Source: Candidatus Saccharimonadota bacterium (GTDB lineage Bacteria > Bacillota_I > Bacilli_A > Mycoplasmatales > Hepatoplasmataceae). From it: a DNA stretch of 32,000 bases. A program made the position numbers and the translations under genes. Location of the stretch: the NCBI GenBank assembly GCA_027925225.1, contig AP027131.1:30001-62000 (forward strand), written 5' to 3'. The notes below the pieces were generated by a model, which was given only the letters and a program-made list of their open reading frames with translations, had not been told where the DNA came from and did not search any database. Positions 1 through 8,866 of this stretch are shown here, in pieces (the first letter of the stretch is position 1; every line of letters starts with the position of its first letter).

Positions 1-1
1 T

Positions 2-985
2 GGAGCATTAATTTTTTTAAAAATAAATTATAAAAATTTAGAAAAAGAAACACTTGAAAAATTTTTAGAAGATTTTAATAATGAATTAAATAAAAAATAT
101 GAAAATGTTTTTTATTTTAAATCAAGTAATCTTTATTATTCTTTTTTTATTCCAATGAAAGAAAGTGATATAAATTTAGAAATTTTTTATCAAAATAATT
201 CTTCAAAAATAAGAAAAAAAGATTTTTTTTCATCTTTAAAAAATATATTAACTAATAATTTATATAAAAATATTTCAAAAAAAATTTATATTTCTCTTTA
301 TGGTGTAGACTCATCAAATATTAATGATTTAATTAAAAATAATGAATATTTAATTTTTGAAGATATAGAATTTGATAAAAAATATCCTATTCAAATTTTC
401 AATTATAGAATTTTCAAAAACTCATTACTTGAAAGATTTGAGCTTTATACATATATGAGCAAATATGAAAAATTAGATTTAAATTATTATTTATATCTTT
501 CAGAAAAAAAAATATACCTTTATAATGCAATTCTTACAGAAAATAATAATAAAATCTATTTAAATTCACTTGAATCCAAGAAAAGCAAAAAAGAATACAC
601 ATATTTATTAAGATATGCTGCATTAAATGCTTTAAAAAATTTTAAAAAAGACGATTTTGATTATTTTATTTTAGATTATCCAATAAATTATTTAATAAAT
701 AATGATATTGATATTACAATATTTGCTAAAAAAATAAGTAATATGTTTAATTATTCTTTAGAAAAATTATTAATTGGTTTTAGAATAGAAGATTTTAAAA
801 AAACTTGAGAAATAAAAAAATTATCAGAAATTTTAATTAAATTAGAAGAGTGTAAAATAAAATATGCAATTTTAGATGAAAAAGAATATAAAAATATTCA
901 CTCAAAATATTTAAATCCAATTTTAAAAATAGAAGGAAATAAATATAAAATAGCTAATAAAATATTTGATTTAAGTTTTATATAG
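2..985 (+). CDS. hypothetical protein, 5'-truncated at window edge
   Basis: Frame 2 is open from base 2. Track ORF 155..808 ends at TGA 806-808, which reads through as Trp to TAG 983-985. N/K/Y-rich with no motif I recognise. Confidence 0.55.
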
Positions 986-1010
986 ATTTGATTTAATTTT
1001 TTTATAAATC

Positions 1011-1016
1011 TATAAT
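1011..1016 (+). promoter_or_regulatory. candidate -10 box (TATAAT) upstream of cdaA
   Basis: Exact TATAAT 20 nt upstream of ATG 1036, with AAGGA Shine-Dalgarno at 1029-1033. Such hexamers are common by chance in A+T-rich DNA. Confidence 0.3.
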
Positions 1017-1035
1017 TAAAATAGTATTAAGGAAA

Positions 1036-1608
1036 ATGACGGATACACAATTTTGGATAATATTAGGTGTTACGATAATTTTATTTGTGATTACATGAAT
1101 ATTTTTATTTAATCCTTTTCGTAAATTTAAAGCAATTTTTAAAAAGAAAACATTAGCAGAAGAAAAAATTGCTATTATTCAAAATATTATAATTGCACTT
1201 GATAATTTATCAAATATTAAAAGAGGAGCAACAATAATTTTAGATGATATTGATGAAACTAATGATTATATTGCAGATTATGAATATTTAAATTCTGAAG
1301 TAACATCAAATTTAATAACCAATATTTTTGAAGGTGTAAATACTCCGCTTCATGATGGAGCAATAGTAATTAATAATGGCAAAATGAAAAGTGCATCTGC
1401 TTTTATTTCAAAACTTTCAAATAAAAAAGTTCCTTCTCAATTTGGAACAAGACATAGATCGGCTCTAGGACTTAGTGAGGTTACGGGTGCTGTAATTATT
1501 GTTCTTTCAGAAGAAACAAAAAATATTCACATTTTTTATAAAGGGAAATTTGAAAAAATAAATAAAAGTAATCTTTTTGAAAAAATATATGAGAAATGAG
1601 TAAAATAA
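1036..1608 (+). CDS. cdaA: diadenylate cyclase (c-di-AMP synthase), single N-terminal TM helix
   Basis: ATG 1036 follows an AAGGA SD. The N-terminal hydrophobic helix is FWIILGVTIILFVITWIFLF. DAC-domain motifs LHDGAIVI and GTRHRSALGLSE are present. Track ORF 1384..1599 is the C-terminal fragment; TGA at 1597-1599 reads through to TAA 1606-1608. Confidence 0.9.
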
Positions 1609-1623
1609 AAATTAAGGAGAATT

Positions 1624-2361
1624 ATGGCTACAAATCATATAGAGGCAAAAAATGACGAAATAAATAAAATTGTTTTAATGGCAGGAGATCCATTAAGAGT
1701 AAAATATTATGCAGATAAGTTTTTAAAAAATAAAAAACTAGTTAGCAAAGCTCGTGGAATACTTGCCTATAGTGGTAAAGTAAACGAATTAGAAATTACA
1801 CTTATAGGACATGGGATGGGACTTGATTCAATAGGTATTTATGCTTTTGAATTATTTAAATTTTATAATGTTGATTTAATTATGAGATTAGGGTCTTGTG
1901 GTTCATATAATAAAAATATTAATCTTTATGATTTGATAGTCGCTAAAAGTGCTTATTCTTTTTCAAATTATGGTAAAACATATAAATATTCTAATAAAAC
2001 CGTAGATGCTTCAGAAAGTCTTTTAAAAGCCGCTTGGAAAGCATTAGAAAATTCAAATATTAAAAAAAATATTTATGAAACAACTGTAAATTCATCTATG
2101 TGATTTTATGATGAAAATCCAGAATATACACCAAAACAATATGTTGATAAGGGTATCGATGTTGTAGAAATGGAAAGCTATGCACTTTATATTATTGCTA
2201 AATATTTAAAAAAGCAAGCTTTAACAATTCTCACTGTATCTGATAATATAGCAACTGGAAAAAAACTTTCAATTGAAGAAAGGGAAAAAACATTTGATGA
2301 CATGTTTTTATTTTCAATTAAATTATTAGAAATTTATAAAAATAATGGAAAAAGACAATAA
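1624..2361 (+). CDS. deoD: purine nucleoside phosphorylase, DeoD type
   Basis: Strong SD (AAGGAG) precedes ATG 1624. MATNHIEAK..VLMAGDPLRVKYYADKFL..GHGMG..RLGSCG resembles the DeoD N-terminus. Track ORFs 1624..2103 and 2170..2361 share a frame and join through TGA 2101-2103. Confidence 0.9.
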
Positions 2362-3952
2362 ATTTAACAAAAAAGCAATTCTTCAATATTTTGAAGCAAA
2401 AGAATATGATAAATTAAATATCTTTTTAGAAGATATGCATTCTTCTGAAATTTATGATTTTATAAAAGGGTGAAAATTAGATAATGTTGCTCTTTTTCTT
2501 TCTGTTTTAAAAGTTGAAACATCTTCAAAAATTTTCTTTAAATTAATAAAAAATGAAAAAGAAGAAATTATTGATTTTTTAGATAAAAAACTTTTTGTTG
2601 AAATTATTAATAAATTATTTATTGATGAAATTATTGATATTTTAGATGAAATAGAAGAAGAAAATAGACAAAAAATTTTAAATTCATTAGAAAAAGAAAA
2701 AAAAGAAAAAATAGAAAAACTTCTTACTTATGAACATAACCAAGTTGGTTTTAATATGAACGTTGATTATATTAAAATCAAAGATAAAAATACAATTAAT
2801 CAAGCCAAACTAGATATTAAAGAACAAGTAAATAAAAAAGATTTAGAAATTGTTGGAAATATTTACATAGTTGATTCTCAAAAAAAATTTTTAGGATATA
2901 TTACACCTGACATCCTTCTTTCTAAACCCGATAATGCAAATGTAATGCAATTTATCAAACATATTAAACCACTAAATTTAAAGGATAGTATTTCAAAAGC
3001 GGAAGAAATATTTACAAAATATGATGTTACTTCTGTTCCTGTTATTTCAAAAGAAGAGGAACTTGTAGGTGTTATAAATATTGATGATTTAATAAAAAGA
3101 TTTGGTGATATTGAGGATATATTTTTAGGGGCTTCTGCCGTTGTTCCCAGTGATAAAAAATATTTAGAACAAACGACTTTTGAATTATTTAAAAGTAGAA
3201 CCCCTTGAATTGTTTTATTGCTTTTTATTGGTACTTTAACTCAAATTGTAATTACTGGATTTCAAATTATTTGATCAAATAATGGAGTTTTTAATATTGA
3301 CACTGATACTAGCGCTGAAATATCTGCAATTGTATCTCTTGCTTTGGCAACTGCTCTCTCTGTTGCTTCCTCAGTTAATGATTCAGCAGGTAATTCTGGT
3401 TCGCAAGTTAGCGCAACTTTGATTAGAGCATTAGCTCTTGGAGAAATAGGATCTCATGATTTTGGTAAAGCTTTTAGAAAAGAAATGAAAGTTGCTCTTT
3501 TAATTGGTCTTACAATTGCATTTTTTTCATTTTTTAGATTATTTGCAGTTTGGGGAATTATGGGATTTTTAGATTCTGGAACAATTTCAAATGCTGCTTC
3601 TCAGGCTGGTAAAAGCAATGGTTGAGTTTGAGAATGGTTAGTAGTTATTGGACTTATTTCATCAACTACATTTTTTATTTCAATTATGGTAGGTAATTTA
3701 ATTGGGGCAATACTTCCAACTCTTGCTGTAAAATTTAAAATTGATGGAGCTGTTGTTTCTGGACCTGTTCAAACAACTATTGTTGATGTTTTAACATTTA
3801 CAATTTACTTATCTTTAACAACGGCAGTCTTTATTCCTTTAAATAATTCGGGTACTTTTCCAGCAGAACAAAGTATGGCATTACAATCAAGCTCAATAAG
3901 CATTTCTGATTTTGTAAATAATTTACAAAACAATTATTCTATAATTGGTTAG
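2345..3952 (+). CDS. mgtE: magnesium transporter MgtE
   Basis: ATG 2345 overlaps the deoD end by 17 nt. It has an N-terminal MgtE_N-like helical region, a CBS-like region (track ORF 2756..3208) and a TM domain with SSVNDSAGNSGSQVSATLIRALALGEI and GPVQTTIVDVLTFTIY. Three track ORFs plus the N-terminus join in one frame through several TGA codons. Confidence 0.88.
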
Positions 3953-3955
3953 GTT

Positions 3956-4044
3956 GGAGTAGTACTCAAGTGGTTAAGAGGCCTCTCTGCTAAAGAGGTA
4001 GTTGGTTTTCCCATTCGCAGGTTCAAATCCTGTCTACTCCGCCA
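3956..4044 (+). tRNA. tRNA-Ser (anticodon GCU), type II with long variable arm, CCA encoded
   Basis: Acceptor GGAGTAG pairs with CTACTCC, followed by discriminator G and CCA. Anticodon stem CCTCT/AGAGG carries loop CTGCTAA. The variable arm is long and the T-arm is GCAGG-TTCAAAT-CCTGT. It starts 3 nt after the mgtE stop. Confidence 0.93.
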
Positions 4045-4071
4045 TTTTTTAATATAAATAATTTTGATGTT

Positions 4072-5565
4072 ATGAATAAAAAAATATTAAGTTTTTTTCT
4101 AGTTGTGCTTATTGTGCTTTTCTTTTGTTTATTGGCACTTTATCTTCTTTATTTAATAGAAGAATGAAGTATTATTGCAATAGTTGTAATTTTTGTAATA
4201 TTTTATTTACTTGCAGCTTTTTTTTTATATGATCTTTATTCAAAAAATCATACTTCAAAACAATCAAAAATTACATGAACAATTGTTTTAATCTTTATTC
4301 CCTTTTTTGGAGTTCTATTTTATTATTTAGCAGGATATACAAATTTTAAAATCAAAAAAAAATTAAAAAAATTATTTATATTAGAAAGTGAAATAGCAGA
4401 AGGAAATAGTTATAGTGAACCAAAAGAAATAATTTTACCTTTTGTAAATGAAAATTTAAATTTTCAAAATAGAAAAATAATAACTAATTCTGATTTTATT
4501 ATTTATAATAATGGATCAAAAAAATTTAATGCCTTAATAAATGATTTTAAAAATGCAAAATCTTTTATAAATATTCAATACTTTATTATTAATAATGGAA
4601 TTGTTTGAAAAAAAATTGAAGAAATCCTTTTAAAAAAAGCAAAAGAAGGAATAAAAATAAATATTCTTACAGATTATTTTGGATCTGTTCAAACAAAAGA
4701 CTCTACTTTTGATTTAATAAGAAAAGAAAAAAATATAAAATTTAAAATAGTAAATCCGACAAAAACATTTTTAAGTGGTGGACATTTGAATTTTAGGGCT
4801 CATAATAAATTTGTAATTATAGATAATAAAATTGTTTATTTTGGCGGAATGAACTTAGGAGATGATTATGTTAATCTTTACCCAAAGTATGGGGCTTGAT
4901 TAGATCTTCAAATTGCTTTTAAAGGTGAAATTGTTAATGAGATGAACAATCATTTTATCAATCAATGATATTTTTGAACAGGAGAAAAATTAGAAAAGGC
5001 AAAATTAACTAAAGTAAAAAGAGAAACAAATATTCAATTTTTTTCAGATGGTCCTAATTTTGAAGAATCAAGTTTTTTAAATTATTTTTTAAAATTAATA
5101 AAAATTTCAAAAAAACAAATTAAAATAGTTACTCCTTATGTTGTTTTTCCAAGAGAAATTTTTGATGAACTTAGAAAAGCGAAAAAAAGAGGCGTTGAAA
5201 TAGAGCTTATTACAGCTGGAAGAGCGGACAAAAAGACGGCTTATGAAATAGGAAAAATACATTTAAGAAGATTGTTAAATATTGGAGTAAAAGTTTATCG
5301 AATGGATAATATGTTTATACATTCTAAGTTTTTTCTTTTTGATGATAACAACCTTATAACAGGAACGACAAACTTAGATTATCGTGCAATTTATTTACAT
5401 TTTGAATCTAATCTTTTTATTCATGATGAAAATATTTATTCTTCTTTAAATAATGTTTTTAATCTATATAAAGAACATGCAATGAAAATTGAAATTCATG
5501 AATATAACAACATTTTTTATTCATTAAAAGCCCCGATTTATTATTTTTTATCACCCATGTTTTAA
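4072..5565 (+). CDS. cls: cardiolipin synthase (phospholipase D family)
   Basis: Two N-terminal TM helices and two HKD motifs: RAHNKFVIIDNKIVYFGGMNLGDDY and FIHSKFFLFDDNNLITGTTNLDYRA. The track shows only the last 97 aa (5272..5565) because of about 6 in-frame TGA codons upstream. I translated the frame by hand and found no TAA or TAG. Confidence 0.88.
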
Positions 5566-5587
5566 TATGCTTGTCCTTTTATTAAGG

Positions 5588-5593
5588 TATAAT
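5588..5593 (+). promoter_or_regulatory. candidate -10 box (TATAAT) 8 nt upstream of recF ATG
   Basis: ATTAAGGTATAATTTTTTAGTATG has no SD at normal spacing. This geometry would give a leaderless or near-leaderless mRNA. Confidence 0.3.
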
Positions 5594-5601
5594 TTTTTAG
5601 T

Positions 5602-6621
5602 ATGATTACAAAAATAAGTGCTTTTAATTTTAGAAATTATGATGAGCTAAATTTTAATTTTGATAAAAATATTGTTTTTTTTTACGGAAATCAAAATGTT
5701 GGAAAAACATCTATATTAGAAACAATTTATTTTTCAATTTTTGAAAAATCTTTTAGAACAAATTTAGCAAAAGATTTAATTAAAAAAAATAAAGAACATA
5801 CTCTGATAACAATTGAATATAATAATGATTCAGAAAAAAATAATGTAATTACAACAAATATTAAGGAATCTTTTTTTCAACATCTTTTTAATCAAAGGAG
5901 TTTAAATTCCAAAGATTTTAAAAATTATGTTTTTCCAATTTTTATAAATAAAAGTATATTAAGTAATTTTGAAAAAAGTAAAGAAAAAAGATGGGAAATT
6001 TTAAATGAGTTAATTTCTATTGATAAAAAAATTTATCTTCCACTTATAAAAGATTTTGAAAAATCATTTACTAGTTATAAAAATTCAATTTTAATAAAAG
6101 ATTATCATGATTCATTAAAAATGTCTATTACAGAAAAAATTGTTAATTTAGAATATGAAATTTTAAAATTAAGAAAAGATTTTTTTAAAAAAATAAATAA
6201 TTATTTTATAGAAAATTTATCTCTTTATTTAAATACAAAATTATTAATTGATTATAAAACATTTTTTAAAGAAAAAAATGATTTATTAAGAGGCCTTAAT
6301 GAAAAAAAAATTATTACTATTTTAGATGATGAAATAGTTTTAAAAAATGAAAATAATGAATATGTACATATTTCTTCAAAAAAAGAAAGAGTTTTTTTAA
6401 ATTTATTATTACTTATATCAATTGTAGAATATGTAAGTAAAGAATATAATCAAGAATTTCCACTTCTTTTAGATGACATTCTTTCAGAAATTGACGAGAA
6501 AAATTATTTTTTATTTTTTAAAATTTTAAAAGATAAAAATATTAATGTTTTTATTACAAATAGTTTTAGGGGAAAAATTTCATTTGAATCATTAGAAGAT
6601 GTTCAAGTTATAAGATTTTAG
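5602..6621 (+). CDS. recF: DNA replication/repair protein RecF
   Basis: N-terminus MITKISAFNFRNYDELNF..FYGNQNVGKTSILETIYF (Walker A) and C-terminal LLLDDILSEIDEKN (Walker B/signature). It lies immediately upstream of gyrB, the conserved position. Confidence 0.85.
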   Translation: MITKISAFNFRNYDELNFNFDKNIVFFYGNQNVGKTSILETIYFSIFEKSFRTNLAKDLIKKNKEHTLITIEYNNDSEKNNVITTNIKESFFQHLFNQRSLNSKDFKNYVFPIFINKSILSNFEKSKEKRWEILNELISIDKKIYLPLIKDFEKSFTSYKNSILIKDYHDSLKMSITEKIVNLEYEILKLRKDFFKKINNYFIENLSLYLNTKLLIDYKTFFKEKNDLLRGLNEKKIITILDDEIVLKNENNEYVHISSKKERVFLNLLLLISIVEYVSKEYNQEFPLLLDDILSEIDEKNYFLFFKILKDKNINVFITNSFRGKISFESLEDVQVIRF

Positions 6622-6633
6622 TTAGGAGAAAAT

Positions 6634-8553
6634 ATGGATACAAAAGATAACTATACAGAAAAATCAATTCAAGTTCTTGAAGGTTTAGAAGCAGTAAGAA
6701 AAAGACCAGGAATGTATATTGGTAATATAAGCGAAAAAGGATTACATCATCTTATTTGAGAAATTGTAGATAACTCAATTGATGAAGCTTTAGCTGGTTA
6801 TGCAAATAAAATTGTTGTAATAGAAAAAATTGATAATTCAATAATTGTAGAAGATAATGGTAGGGGAATTCCAGTTGAAATTCATCCTAAAACAGGAATT
6901 TCAACAATTGAAACAGTTTATACAAAATTGCACGCAGGTGGAAAATTTGGCGGAGAAAACTCTGGTTATAAAGTTTCTGGTGGACTACATGGTGTTGGTG
7001 CTTCGGTTGTTAATGCTCTTTCAGAAAATTTAATAGTTACTGTCTATAAGGGCGGAAAAGAATATGAAATTCAATTTTATGATGGCGGAAAAGTAAAAAC
7101 TCCTTTAAGAGAAATTGGAATGACTGATAAGAAAGGAACAAAAATACATTTTTTTCCAGATTATAGTATTTTTGATCCTGGTATTTCTTTTAAATCAAAA
7201 ATAATAAAAAACAGACTTAAAGAAACAGCTTATTTAAATAAGGGATTAGAAATAAGTTATTTTTGTGAAAAAGATCCAGATCAAAATAGAAAGTATAAAT
7301 TTGATGGTGGAATTTTAGATTTTATTAATGATGTTAATAAAGGAAGAGATAAAGTTTCTAATCCTCCTTTTTATATTGAAAAGCAAAGAAATAATATTAC
7401 TGTTGAACTTGCTTTTCAATATATTACTTTATATAAACCTTTTACTATGTCTTATGTTAACAATATTATTACAGCAGAAGGTGGAACACATGAAGCAGGA
7501 TATTTTGATGCACTTTTTCGTGTATTTACAAAATATGCAAAAGAGCATCTTTCGCAAAGAGACTATTTTCCATTTTCAAGAGATGACATTAAAGAAGGTT
7601 TAATTACAATTCTTTCTATTAAACATCCAAACCCAATGTATGAAGGACAAACAAAAAATAAATTTGCAAATCAAGAGGTTAGAAAAATTGTTAATGAATT
7701 AATTTCAGAACCCCTAGAAAGTTATTTATTAGAAAATCCTGATACTGCAAAATTAATTATGGATAAAATTCTTATCTCTTATAATTCAAGAATTCAAGCA
7801 GCAAAAGCAAGAGATTTAGTAAGAAGAAAAGAAATTACAGGTTTTTCAACTCTTCCTGGTAAATTAGCTGATTGTTCATCAAAAGATAGAAGTAAAACAG
7901 AATTATTTATAGTAGAAGGAGATTCTGCTGGTGGTTCTGCCAAAATGGGAAGAGATAGAGAAATACAAGCAATTCTACCTTTAAGAGGAAAAATTATAAA
8001 TGCAGAAAAATCAAGAATAGATAAATTATTAGAAAATAATGAAATAAAATCTCTAATATCTGCAATTGGAACTGGAATTGAAGATGAATTTAATTTTTCA
8101 AAATTAAGATATGAAAAAATAATAATAATGACTGATGCGGATGTTGATGGTAGTCATATTAGAACATTATTACTTACCTTTTTTTATCGTTATTTTAAGT
8201 CTTTAATAGAAACTGGAAATATTTATATTGCACAGCCCCCACTTTATAAAATAACACACAGCAAAAAATCACAATACATTTATACAGATACAGAAATGGA
8301 TCAATATATTAAAGAAAATATACAACCCAATAATGTAAAATATTCAATTCAAAGATATAAAGGTTTAGGAGAAATGAATTTTAATCAGCTTTGAGACACA
8401 ACAATGAATCCTGAATTTAGAAGTTTATTAAAGGTAAATATTGAAGATGTAGCAAGGGCTGATAAGGTTTTTATTGACTTAATGGGTGAGTTTGTTGAGC
8501 CTAGAAAAATCTTTATTAAAAAGAATGCAAAGTTTGCAAAACTAGATGTTTAA
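6634..8553 (+). CDS. gyrB: DNA gyrase subunit B
   Basis: AGGAGA SD precedes ATG 6634. [17 protein letters not shown] and [15 protein letters not shown] are present, with the Trp encoded by TGA 6757-6759. [10 protein letters not shown] and PLRGKILN-like Toprim motifs are present. Track ORF 6928..8394 extends on both sides, ending at TAA 8551-8553. Confidence 0.97.
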
Positions 8554-8726
8554 ATTTGTTTAAAAAAATATGTTTTTTTTTCTTAAAAAGTGCTAATATA
8601 TTTTTGTATTTACTATTTATTTTTTAAGTAAATAATAAATACAATTAATACACAGAGTTTATATTAGAAATAATTTTTAGTTAAATACACAAAAACACAA
8701 CACCCAAAAATAAAACTAAATAAAAA

Positions 8727-8756
8727 GGACATACTTTTAAAAGTATGTCTTTTTTT
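8727..8756 (+). terminator. rho-independent terminator in gyrB-gyrA spacer
   Basis: Perfect palindrome GACATACTTTT/AAAAGTATGTC (8728-8749) is followed by 7 T (8750-8756) and preceded by an A-run. Confidence 0.7.
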
Positions 8757-8802
8757 ATTAATTAAAATGCCTTTAAAACTTAGAAAATAATCAATTTATT
8801 AG

Positions 8803-8808
8803 TATAAT
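8803..8808 (+). promoter_or_regulatory. candidate -10 box (TATAAT) for gyrA
   Basis: Exact TATAAT lies downstream of the spacer terminator and 58 nt upstream of the gyrA ATG. No good -35 element is evident. Confidence 0.35.
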
Positions 8809-8866
8809 TATTAATATGTTACTTATTTTTTAAAAGAAAAAAGTAAATAGAATTATTTGGAGAAAT

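Noticed and set aside
981-1014. A 9-bp perfect inverted repeat, TATAGATTT...AAATCTATA, after the first ORF, considered as a terminator.
   Set aside because: It has a 16-nt loop, an all-A/T stem apart from one G:C pair, and no trailing T-run. Its right arm overlaps the TATAAT proposed as the cdaA -10, so it is not called as a terminator.
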